The notes beneath the pieces were generated by a model. It had not been told where the DNA came from and made no database searches. It saw only the letters and a list, made by a program, of their open reading frames with translations. Positions 29,683-42,515 of a DNA stretch of 64,000 bases are shown one piece after another; within the stretch, counting starts at the first letter, position 1, and every line of letters begins with the position of its first letter. The DNA lies in NCBI RefSeq assembly GCF_964204645.1, contig NC_134033.1, positions 4,550,231 to 4,614,230 on the forward strand, written 5' to 3'. This stretch comes from Tubulanus polymorphus (taxonomy: Eukaryota > Animalia > Nemertea). Both the position numbers and the translations under genes were made by a program.

Positions 29683-31215
29683 ATACGATGAATTCACTAT
29701 ACACGCGCATATATGTCCAGTCCTTACGTGAGGTTAGTTAAGTAAAAAAAGGAGATCTGTAAAAGCTTTTTATCAATTATTAGGTCCACTAATTAAATGA
29801 CCAATTTTTGAGGTTGCTGAGGGATGCTTTCGATAGTTCACATCTCGTGTATAAATTAGTCTAGTTGACTCTCTGTCTCTGGAATCTCACTCGGGCATCC
29901 AACCTAAACTTAAACATTGATTCTTCCAGTCAGAACTGAAATATGAAATCGTTGTTTTTCAGATAAGCCATTCCTTTCTCAGGACCTGATTGCTGTCAAT
30001 ACCACAAGGCTGACTAAACCGACGCTGTGAACTCCAGACATTTTTGAGATAATCCATGATGCTTCACACATAAATTGGTGGTGAGTAGATTTGTAGGTTT
30101 TTAATACTGGCTATAACAGATTACAATGTACATGTTTCGAGGCGAATTAAAAATTATCATTGAGATCAATACTGTTTTTCAGATAAGCTCTACTTCTCTC
30201 CAGGATCTGATTGCTGTCAATGTTTGCTGACTAAACCGACAAGGCCGGACAGATATTAGTGCTGTAGCTTGAGTGTCACATCTCCCAAGGAAACGATAAC
30301 TAATCGAAATAATCCATGCAGTTCCACACATGAATTGGTGAGCAGACAATTTAACTTCAAATCTAAATATAAAACTTAACTTAGGTCGGATTCAAGCTGA
30401 TTCAAGTCTAATTAAACTTCGGTTGCTTTTTCAGAGACGATCTTCCTGTGCAGGATCTCATTGCTGCCAATGCGCGTTGACTAAACCGACAAATACAGTT
30501 TCCAGATTCCAGACCTTCCTCACTTCATCAGGACCTGATTGCATCAAGTGTGTGCCGACAAAAACAACCTGGTCTGATAGAGGACTCCTGTGAGCTGAAT
30601 GATAAATCTCTTCGAGGAAAAGATAATCGAAAACTGCTCACATAAATCGGTGAGTAGAAATTTTAAATTTTTTCTCTATAGGAATCTGAGGTTAGGTAAG
30701 GTTTAATTCTAATTTTAACAGGATATTTCGTGTTCACTCACGCGTGACGAGGGTGGATATGCAAACTACCATCGTCACGCATTGAATCATCCAGTAGATT
30801 TTCAAATATTGGTTTTTTAAATGATGCACTTTCGCCATTTCTCGGGATCAACCCAAATCGCGACCGGTAGACTCAAACTCTTCCGGCTACGGATCTCCAC
30901 ACGTCACATGAATCTAATGTCTAATCACCATGATTTCATTTCAATAAACTGCAGAGTTATATGATATTGAATAACAACTTATGTTTCAAAAATGAGCGCA
31001 AATTATCGCAACAATGGGAACCTCGAGGGACCGCCCCAAGATGGCGCCTAGAAACTGGAAACTTCTTTATTACGAATGACACAATGAATCATTGTATTCG
31101 TTAAACTTATCAGGTCGTGACCCCAAACGAACTCAACCAAGTTTTAGGATTTCGAGGTTCAAATCCAATTTATAGATAGGCAAATATTATAAAGGGACTC
31201 TTGTCAAACTGTTGT

Positions 31216-34200
31216 TTATTTACTAGATGTCGTCAATCCTAGTCGTCGTTTATTGCGTTCACGAATAGATTTCATATCGATATTTAGTATTGTATAAAGA
31301 AGCGGATTCAGAGACGAGTTGATCGGTAAAAATAGAACGGCCAGCCAAGCGGCCACCTGGTTCGGTATCTCGACCGTAAATACGGCGCAAAACTGAACGA
31401 TTATTATCGGTAGCCAGCAAAATAGATTACAAAGATTGATTACTAAACTCCTTCGTGCTAAAACCAGTTCGGTAGGATCAGCTCTACCCGAACCCGACCT
31501 ACTCCCAGATACGAGTCTATACATCTGAGCGTACGTCGTCATTATCGTAGCCAATATGGCCGCATTAAACAAAGCAAAAATAGCGAATGAATAGTGCCAG
31601 CCATCGACGTCGATCGTCAGTAAATTCATAGGCAAACAAACTCCGGTTGTACCGTAAAAATTGTCTCCGAAGTAAGACGACGATGACAGCGGTAGAATAG
31701 AAAATGTGATTATAACGAGCCAACACGTGCAGCAAATACCGATAACGTATTTCGGAGTTATAATCGGACTTCTAGAGAACGGGTTGACGATATTTGAATA
31801 TCTCTGACGCGTTAGAATTAAGAGAAAAGTCAAGGAACCTTCGCACGAAACGGTGACAAAAACCCCGGAGAGACGGCATAATGAGCTATCCGTCCAGGTT
31901 TCAGAATTCAGATAATAAACGCCTTTGAACGCGTAGTCAGCTCCCGCGATCAAAAACAAATAGACCGACATCAGAAAATCACAACCGGCAATATTTATGA
32001 TGAGGATGTCTGAAGATGTGTTACGTGTTCCGGAGGATCCCATCCGCAAAGCTTGAACGCGAAATAAGATAACGATACTGTTAGCGAGAAAACTGAAAGA
32101 TGCGATCATCCAGATGATGGCCCTCAGTACAGTGTTACCCATCAGGTCAGAACAGGTGGAAAATTGATCAGCTTCGGGGAGACATCGGTCAACATTCGGT
32201 GCCATGCAGCAAAATTTGTAAGAATCCGAAGAGAGGTATTTCAATGATGTAAGATCGCCAAGGACGTTTCTTTGTACGGATATTACTTCAAAATTGTTGA
32301 CAAGGTCTAGAATTTCAAGTCAAGCCAATCCCGAAAAAGCATAGCTAGAAATATAATGGATTCTGTTACTGCTGATATTTAATGTCTGTAATGCGGATAA
32401 ACCTTTAAATACATTTTCACCGAGAACCGATATAGAAAGTCCGTGAAGATCGAGAACAGTAAGTAACGTCAGACCTCGGAAACTACCGTCTTCTAAATGT
32501 TGCAGCGGATTTCCGATAAGAAATAGTTGTTTTAAAGCGATCAAACCTGCGAATGTATTAGCAGATAATGATGTTATGCGGTTGTGAGTCAGGTCTAATG
32601 TGCATAGATTATTTAGATTAGAAAACGCTTTTGGAACGATGTAAGATAAATTATTGCCTGAAATGTCGAGAAAACGAAGATAAATGAAAGAGTTTAACAT
32701 CGATTCGTTAAATACGACTCGGTTATTCGACAAAATCGAAGCCCGAGTTGATTCTATAAAACGACCAGTAATATCCGATAAAAGAGCATTTTCACAATCG
32801 ATGAAATGACCCCGGCAATTACAACGTTCAGGACACGTGACCTTACAGTATGATTCGTCATCAGAGTTATGTTTACAATTAACGACACCGTCGCAAACTT
32901 CAGATTGCGGAATACAACGATTTTCCTGACCACATTTAAACATTCCCGGACACGACCAAGTCTCGCAGTTTCGTTCATCTTCTGAATTAGGACAATCGGA
33001 TCGACCGTCACAAACGTGTCTGATCGGTATACAGTAAGATGCCGGACATTTTACAGTACCAGCCGCGCATTGGAAGTCATTACACGCGAGTATATGTTCA
33101 AGATTTCTACATACCGGGAAACCAATCGGCATCCTTTCTAAAATACACCTTTCGTGTCGGGAATAACAGCGAGGAGAATTGAACGAACATCTTTGTTCAT
33201 CCGATTCCTTACACAGATCTGTGAAACGAGTCGTACAGTGATTGTCATTATTACAGTAAACCTCGGGATTCACTGTCATATTAGAGACCGATTCGTCTTC
33301 TTCGAGACTTCCGCTACAATCCACGACACCATCCCGATACAACTGAGAACTAATACATTCACCGTCCGCGCACGAGAACCCCTGACAAAGTTCGGCAGTG
33401 CAGCCGATCTCATCGGAGCCGTCTTTACAGTCGGCTAGTCCGTCACATCGTTTATAACTATCGATACATTGGTGATTGGAACAGCGATATTGCGTAGATA
33501 AACACGGTGGATGATAGCACGAGTTCTCATCCGAGCCATCGACGCAATCTCTCATAAAGTCACAGAAACCGCTAATCGATATAACCTGTCCATCGTTACA
33601 GCGGAACTGACTGTGTAAATTGATATCCCTACAATCGAGTTCATCTTCACCGTGTTGACAGTCGTGTCTGTTATCACATACGCGATGGTCGCTAATACAT
33701 CTTTGATCGTTACATTCAAACTGCCACGATTTACAACCGCCTATAGAAGCTAACTCTTCAGCAGTTACATTATAGGTACATAAAATGGAATGCACTTTAT
33801 CTTTTGTATCATCGAACGGTTTCAATAACCATTTAACTGATTGAACATAAGAAATTTCATTTCTGGTCACCAGTGGTTTGATAACTTTAAACCCGTTGCG
33901 GCCCATTGTCAGTATAACGTCATATTGATGTTTATATTGAAATTTGCCGACCAAATTTTTCAGGTCATTTTCTGTATTTAAGGTGATTCTTTTTATTTCG
34001 GCGCGGATGCTGTGGCACATTTCTCTAGCGCTCCGAATATTCAAACCTCGATTGTTTTTCCAGTCGGTTAGTATTTGATAACATTGTCCGGAAATAGTTA
34101 CCCACCCTCTTGGACAGGTTGAATTGGTTAAAGTTATATCGGGAATCATTTGATCTATGGTTTTATTTAATTCTTTATTAGTTGAATTGTTCGCATCGTT

Positions 34201-37200
34201 TATCGTTGAATTGTGTTTGTTTTCGATGTCGATTCTCTCAGATTCACAAATGAATGTCGTGTGCGTCTCCTCGATTTGACACGGGAATCGAACCCAGTTC
34301 GCTGATCCTCGTGGATTATTCAGTATCATCGCCGTACACGGCATATTGACGTCATTTATCGGTTGTTTTCTTAGCGGAGATATCAATCCTCGAATAACTT
34401 CTGGTATCGTTTCATTAATAACAGGTTTATACCACTCTGTGTAGCTCAATGGTTTACCGTCAGTCCACGTGTAATAACCATCATTCTGTTTCGTGAAGAA
34501 ATGAAAATATATCACTTCTTTAAAAAACTTTCTATTCTAATTCATATTTGTATACATTAGTCTTACCTTCCATTTCAATCCAATCATCATTATGAGTGCC
34601 TTTAATGTGTACGCCATTCGGAGAAGTTTTCTAGCGAATAATCTTTTGATGGAAATCATTTCCTGCTCTGAGTTGATACTGAGTAGATGTCCCGCGTACT
34701 TCTGTCTACAGTATATTTCAGCGTTCTCCCAATTCAGACGTTCATCTCTGATGAATTCGATGCAGGAAATTCCGGAATCCAGAAATCCTTGTTTACAGTA
34801 GAAATCATCGAAATGTTTAATCGGTAACGACTCGCGTAAAGTGTATTGTATTTTAAAGGTTGGGATATTATTCATTACTTCATAACGCAGAGTATTATCT
34901 GTTAACTATGAAATATAAGTCCACGAACCGCGTTATTATCACATATTAAAGTTTCGTATTGGGTCCTAATAATTTTGAACAGTTTTCCATTTTGGAAGAG
35001 GTTGTACTTTACCAGCTGTATCAAAATGATCGGATCATTCGCTTCCGCGTTGTTTGTTTCACATGAAACTGATCCAATAAATTTGATAATAAATCTGTAA
35101 TATTGAAATATATTTTGTTGTATCGGGTTTTCAAATTTATATGAAATAGATTTTGATGTACGTCCTGCCCAACCCGGGTAGTTCGGTGACTGCACGAGTC
35201 CACATTTATCTTTAGTAGTAACTGGAAGACGGGAACCGGCAAATCCAAATTTATGCGCTTTTTTCACTCCTAGACATTCACGACGTAGTTTTAATATTAG
35301 TGGATACTGCCAGAACCCAAACTCATTAACTGTGAAATCTACAGTGTTTAATACGAGACTGTTCTTCAGAAACTGATTACTCAAACTCAGAAACTGATCA
35401 CATCGCCTTGACATCTTGAGAAAACATCGGTCAATTTGATATTCGTGTTCCGATAATATGTGAATATTTTTCAAGCGAAGGCGTCGATTTCCGGATGTAA
35501 TCACGAGACAGTGTGACGTCATATTGATCTGACGTTTTTCTTCCTGTAGAACATAACCGTCACAATCAGTAGGAGCAAATTGAAGATATGAGCTACCAAC
35601 AGTTAACCGATTGTTATAGTAATAAGCGTATGCTACTACAGTAACCGGTCCACCTGATGTAATCAGGCTGACGACAGATCGACCGTAGTATGAACCAGGA
35701 CAATACGGACCATAGCGTCTAGCTGTGAAATTACTACCATCAAATATATAAAAACCAGCTCGATCACAGTTTTCTGATAGCACTGTTAGTTTCAACTGTT
35801 CTTCATAGATGTTCACTTTCCAGTTTAGTTGTAATGTAGTTACACGATACAATGTATTCTTTGATCGCGGGAACATGTGAGCAATTGTTAATGGTTTTAC
35901 AGTCTTTATTGCCTAAAACACATAACGATATTGATAATAGTATTGAGTATTGCCTTTAAGTAAGAAAAACTGAATTTGCAAATCATTGTTATAAACTTAC
36001 CGATATCCTTTTCTTGTTGACGTAGACGTCTGATATTTTCATTGATATCACTTCAAATTCTAATTTCAAATTCGATCTTACAAAATCCGATGTCGTTAAA
36101 ACGCACAGAATCACGAGAAATCCGTCTGATTTTACACTCAGAGATTTAAGATGGTTAAAACTGAGTAAAATATCAGTTCTCACAATACGTAACCCTTCCT
36201 GTTTATATACACCAACGACACCTGGTGACGAGACGAGATCACGTGTCCAGTTGAAGACGACGTACTGCAGAACATCGACTGTGATAGACCAGCAGTATAA
36301 GTGTTTAGACTGAGTTACTATATGTGGTATTCCATCAATTGTAGTGAGCAGTCCTGATTTATTATAGACTTGAATTAACGGGTTAGAGATGTTCCAATCT
36401 GATATTTTGTAAACTTGCACGAGTAACTGCGACTTAAACGACACAATTGGAATGACACTTTCAAATTTCACAAACGCTTTATTAGTTTTGGTATAAAACG
36501 ATGAAGGTGGATGTCCGGTTTGTTCTCGTATAAGAGCTATAGGTTCACTGGTGCTGTTCCATCCGTCGTAAATTTGAGGACGAGTTTTCATCGGATCCTC
36601 ACCTGGATATAATCTGAAATCTATATGTATAAACGTTAAATTCATTGCAAACCCATCTGACATCCCGATCCATTCTAACAACAATTTACATCGCCAGACA
36701 GAAATCATAAATTCATAACCTGTTTGAGTTGGTAATTCTTTTACTGCACGTTTATGACATGTGTCTAAGATTTTCAAGCGACTCTGTTCTTCAAAACGAT
36801 ATATGATGTAAACCCGACTACCTCGCGCTCCATCGACGTTACTCCTAAACAACAACGAAATCAAATCGTTTCTGCGGATATGTAGTTGTTTTCTTCCGGT
36901 AGCGCAGAGTTTGTTGTCGGTCTCAGCGACGAGAAGGTAGTTTTCGTTACAGAATATCGACGGCTCGATGTCGTAGTAAACTTGAACGAGAAAACTTCCC
37001 GGTAAAGAGCTGTTGACGAACCAACGACATTCAACACCGCGCACTAACGACGGATAGTTCGGTGAAACGATGTAACCAGACGTAGAATCGACGGAGTATT
37101 GAGTGTTGTTACAAGATGAACTGACTGTAACAGACGCGGCTTCCTCGACAGAGTTTTCGCGATCAGCCCGCGTAAATATACAGTCTCCGCAAGCGATCAG

Positions 37201-37233
37201 TAAAACTACGAACAACGCTTTCATTCGCTGCAT
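31216..37233 (-). pseudogene. Receptor copy B: full-length CUB-CTL-LDLa-LRR-7TM GPCR (GRL101-like) with two lesions
   Basis: Predicted exons 37233-36001, 35912-34567 and 34485-31216 with phase-0 GT-AG introns; CUB (GYIVSPNYP), CTL (WENAEIYC, WTDG), about 8 LDLa repeats (DC.DGSDE), LRRs, FCCMAP hinge, 7TM (INSSLNPLLY). 1-bp deletion near 34905 versus copy A; CGA>TGA at 32320-32322 versus copy C. Confidence 0.9.
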
Positions 37234-37739
37234 ATTGAACACAATTCACGCTTCAAGACAAACACATTTCTAACTATTTCTAAGTTTGCGCGACATTTCT
37301 CTAAAGAGTGGCTGCAAAGTAATGACGAATTCGCAAATGTCAGAAGTTGACGAATTGATCGAGTCCAATTATTTTGTAAAAAAATCCGCCCATTAAACTG
37401 GCGCCAGACACGTATTTGTGAAACTTTCATCTGTTCTCGGTTTCGCTGTAATTACCGCGGTTTCTAAATTTAGACGTGTTTCAATATCGTGTTTATAATC
37501 GTGTGCAATTATTTCCCTAAAAATATTTACTGTCGCTCTCGAACTGCGTTCAGTTTGTGATAATATTCGATAATATTTTCTATCTATACCTCAAAATATT
37601 CTGCATCTCTTTAAAACAGTTCGTCAACATGTTTTTACGATTCACACTCTACAGTCAATATAATAACTGAGTTGAAGCGTGAAGTGAAGCGCGTGGATAT
37701 CTGATTGTGGCGGGTGAGGACTTGTTCGGTACTGACTCG

Positions 37740-37885
37740 GAGAACCAACACCAACCAAGTAAGACGAAGATGACAGCGGTAGAATAGAAACTGTGCTTAT
37801 AACGAACCAACAAATGCAGCAAATACCGATAACGTATTTTCGGAGTTATAATCGGACTTCTAGAAAACGGATTGACGATATTTAG
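37740..37885 (-). pseudogene. Short TM4-region fragment of the same receptor, upstream of copy B
   Basis: Encodes NIVNPFSRSPIITPK, matching about 31670-31800. Confidence 0.8.
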
Positions 37886-38510
37886 ATATATACGATATTT
37901 AGAATTGAGAGATATGTTAAAGCAGCCTCTATTTATCACTCTTGATGAGTAGAATTCATAAATACATATAACGTCATTGCTTACACCTGCTGCTGCTGCC
38001 GCTGCCGCCGCCACCGCCGCTGCTGCTAAGATAGTTCTAAGAAATTTCTTCGAAATCAGTGATAATTCGAGTTACAGACAATGGACATTTGATTAATTAA
38101 ATTTATTGCATATTTACTATGATGATATCGTCTTAATTTTATTTGTTTATGATAAGATTCGTTTTTAATTTCAGTGACGAGTAATTTCAATTCGAGTTAT
38201 AGACAATGAAAATGTTATTTATATTACAGACAATGAAGATTTGATTAATTGAATTTATTGCATATTTCCTATGATGATATCGTCTTAATTTATCTTATCA
38301 AATAATCAATTGCAAATAGTGCTAAGATTCGTGCTTGATTCCTGTGACAATTCGAGTGACAATTCAATAATGGAAATGTGATTGATAAATTGTGTTGCAA
38401 ACTGATTTTTCTTTCAATTCGATTTTGAAAGGATTCAAATTACTGCATAGAACTATCATTTTAACGAGGACTGTTAGAGAATATCTGATATTATATCTAC
38501 TTCATATATT

Positions 38511-40792
38511 CTACTTCGAAACTCGGAATTGCACTTGCGCGAAACGACGCAAAATCGTTCTGGCGTATTCTAAATTCCACCCAGGAAAAAAAACGAAAGA
38601 AAGGGTAATAAACCGACATTAAATGAATTCGAAACTTATTTTGCCGGCCTGGGCGAATCTGTGAACAATGCTACTATTGATCCCGACCTCCAACTTAATA
38701 ATCGAGACCAATTAAAGTCGCAGGAGCCACATGATTTAGATTTTCCTGTTACGATAGAGGAAGTGAAATTTGCAATAAAAAAACTGAAACGCAAAAAATC
38801 GCCTGGATTAGATAATATACTTCGTTTGTACTATGTTTGTAGCAGCAGTTGATACCTTGGCGCCTTCCCTGACTATATATTTTAATGCCATCTTAGAAAC
38901 CGGTTTGTACCCAAGCGACTGGTGTGAGGGTTGTATCACTCCGATCTATAAAAAGGGCTCCGTATCAGATCCCAATAACTATAGAGTGATAACTGATCTA
39001 AGCTGTTTCGGAAAGGTCTTTTCTATCATTATTAACACTCGTATAATTCAGTGGACAGAAACATATATCATATCATAAACGAATGTCAGGCTGGCTTTAG
39101 GCCAAACAACGGTACTACGCAACAATCGTTTGTGATATCATCCTTAATTAACCATTGTCTTCAGTCGAAAATGAAAGGTGTGTGGTTTGCGTTTATTGAT
39201 TTCTCTAAGGCCTTCGATGTTCTAAATCATGAGATATTATGGAAGAAATTAATCCAATCGGGAATTACAGGCAAAGTTTATAATATTTTGCGCTCAATGT
39301 ATGCTAGTAATAGATCCTGTGTAAAAAGTGACGGTTTCCTATCTCGGTTTTTTAACTCCGATACTGGAGTGAGATAGGCGGAATGCATTTCACAAGCTCT
39401 TTTTAATCTCTATATAAATGATATGGAAAATTTCTTTATTGAAAACGGTCACACTGGTGTAGATTTTGAATTCATTAGAATATACCTCTTGCTCTGTGCT
39501 GATGACACTGTCACCCACAGAGCTGCAGAGATCTCTAGATATACTTAACCAATATTGTACAAAAATGAAACTATTAGTTAACACTGAAAAAACCAAAGTC
39601 ATGAAAGTATGCTATCGTAGGTCTGCATTGCAACCACATAGGTGTGTCTACGATGGTAATCAGCTTGACGAGGTATCTATGTTTAAATATCTAGGATTAA
39701 TTATACAGGGTAATGGCTGTCTCAGACATTCAATAAAATCTTTAGCTGATCAAGGATTAAATGCTATGTTTGCAATGGAGAAGTATTTGCTAAGTGCAAG
39801 ACTCTTGACCCCAAAAGTAAAGGGGGATATTTTTGATAAACTTGTAAAATCAGTCTTAATGTATAGTTCTCCGGTATGGGCATTCCAGAACTTAGAGGCT
39901 ATTGAATCTGTACACCTTAAATTTTGTAAATATGTGCTAAGACTAAGACGTTCTACTCTTAATGTAATGGTCTATGGAGAACTAGGCAGGTATCCCATTA
40001 GCGTTGACGTTGCTATTTCTGTTTGTAAGTTTTGGGTAAAAATATTAGATTCACCTGCCTGGACAAGCTTGAGAAAAACTTACGATCTGTTACTAATGGA
40101 CTCGAATAATGTTCCAAATGCAAAAAACTGGGCAACAGATATGCGACATTTGTTGAACCGCCTAGGTTTAGGTAATTTTTGGCTAGACTAGGCTATATAC
40201 AATAAAACTCTGTAGTTCTTAAAATTAGTGGAACAGAAAGTTAAAGATATGTTTATCCAGAACTGGTACGGCTCAATGGAGAATAGCTCCAAATGTATCT
40301 ATTATAAAAATTTCAAAACTATGTTCAAATATGAGGGATATTTAGATATCAGCGATCATCATTTGGTTAACATTTTAAGTAAATTTAGGTGTAGTAATCA
40401 TAACCTGCATGTTGAAACTGGAAGATGGGCCCGACCCATCACACCCAGAGAACAGCGTATATGTAGCCTTTGTAACACTGACCAAGTAGAAGATGAGTAC
40501 CACGTATTGCAATGCTTACAGTGCCCTGAGAAGCAATCTTCTTTCGAACTATTATGTTCACCATCCATCTGTCTTCAAATTTATTAACTTATTATCTTCC
40601 AACTCTCCTGCCACCATTATAAAACTAGGCAAGTGTTTATATCAATTATTGAAAAGAAGAAAATTGCTACTCAGGGACGATAATCTCTAAATCGCATAAA
40701 CCGTCATATGTATCATTATCTTTTATTTATTGTCATTACAAGTTTGTAAACAACTTTGACAGAAATAAATACTATACTATACTATACTATAC
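38511..40792 (+). mobile_element. Second, more degenerate 5'-truncated LINE (RTEX-like)
   Basis: KSPGLD, QAGFR, DFSKAFD, VYGELGR and ETGRW..CSLC..EDEYH motifs; multiple stops; (TATAC)n tail; TSD TATATT at 38505-38510 and 40793-40798; empty site near 26610. Confidence 0.92.
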
Positions 40793-42515
40793 TATATTAG
40801 TTAGGGAATTGAAGTTGACATATTAAACATATTAACACGGTCAGTCCGGTATTATTTAGCCAGTGGTTCTCTTGTCCGTTGAACCGCATATTATGCCAAA
40901 CTTAGTTTATATTGTGTCCAGTTATTGTCCTCGGTTTTTGAAATAATTGAATACTTATTCGAAACATACGTTGAATTCACTATACACGCGCATATATGTC
41001 CAGTCCTTATACGTGAGGTTAGGTTAGTAAAAAGGGAGATCTATAAGCTTTTTATCAATTATTAGGTCCACTAATTAAATGACTGATTTGCGAAGTTGCT
41101 GAGGGATGCTTTCGATAGTTCACATCTCGTGGATAAATTAGTCTAGTTGACTCTCTGTCTCTGGAATCTCACTCGGGAATCCAACCTAAACTTAAACATT
41201 GATTCTACCAGTCAGAACTGAAATAAGAAATTGTTGTTTTTCAGATCAGCCATTCCTCACTCAGGATATGATCTATCAATAACGCTGGGCTGACTAAACC
41301 GACGCTGTGGACTCCAGGCCTTTCTAGTTAATCCATGATGCTCCGCACAGAAATAGGTGGTGGGTAGATTTGTGGTTGTTTATTACTGTATATAACAGAT
41401 TACAATGTACATGTATCGAGTCGAATTAAAAATTATCATTGAGATCAATATTCTTTTTTAGGTAAGCTCATCTTCTCTCGGGACCTGATTGCTATCAATG
41501 CTTGCTGACTAAACCAACAAGGCCGGGCAGATATTAGTGCTGTAGCTCGGGTGTCACATCTCCCAAGGAAACGATAACAGATTGAAATCCATGCAGTTCC
41601 ACACATGAATCGGTGAGCGGACATTTTAATTTCAATTCTAAATGTCAAACTTAAGTTAGGTCGGATTCAAGCTGATTCAAGTCTCATTAAACACTTTAAG
41701 TTGCTTTTTCAGAGAAGACCTTCCTGTGCAGGATCTGATCGCTGCCAATGCGTGTTGACTAAACCGACAAATACAGTTTCCAGATTCCAGACCTTGCTCA
41801 CTTCATCAGGACCTGATTGCATCAAGTGTGTGCTGACTAAAACAACCTGGTCTGATAGAGGACGCCTGTGAGCTGAATGGTAATCTAAAAACTGCTCACA
41901 TAAATCGGTGAGTAGAAATTATAAATTATTTCTCTCTAGGAAACTGAGGTTAGGTTTAATCTTAGGGTATTTCGTGTTCACTCACGCGTGACGAGGGTTG
42001 ATATACAAACTATCATCGTCACTCATTTAATCATCCGAGAGAACTTCAAATATTGGTTTTTTTAAATGATGCCCTTTCGCCATTTTCTCGGGACATGTTT
42101 GCTACCGTTTCGATTAAACCAACCCAAATCGCGACAGGAAGACTCAAACTCTTCCGGAATAAACTAAGGAGCTCGACACGTCACATGGATCATGGCGAGT
42201 AGACATTTTGTGGAGTCGAATTATCTAATCACCATGATTTAATTTCAATACACTGCAGAGCTGTATGATATTGTATAAAAACTTATGTTTCAAAAAATGA
42301 GCGCAAATTTATCGCAACAATGAGGATCTCGACGGACCGCCACGAAATGGCGCCTAGAAACTGGAAACTTATTTATTGTGAATGACACAATAAAAAAATT
42401 AAACTAATTCGGTCATGCGATTTCAAACGAACTCAATTAAGTTTTAGGATTTCGAGTTTCAACCCCGATTTATAGATAGGCAAACATTATACAGGGACTC
42501 CTGTCAAACTGTTGT

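Noticed and set aside
32320-32322. Stop-codon readthrough or selenocysteine in copy B
   Set aside because: Copy C has CGA here, so CpG decay explains the TGA; copy B also has a frameshift.
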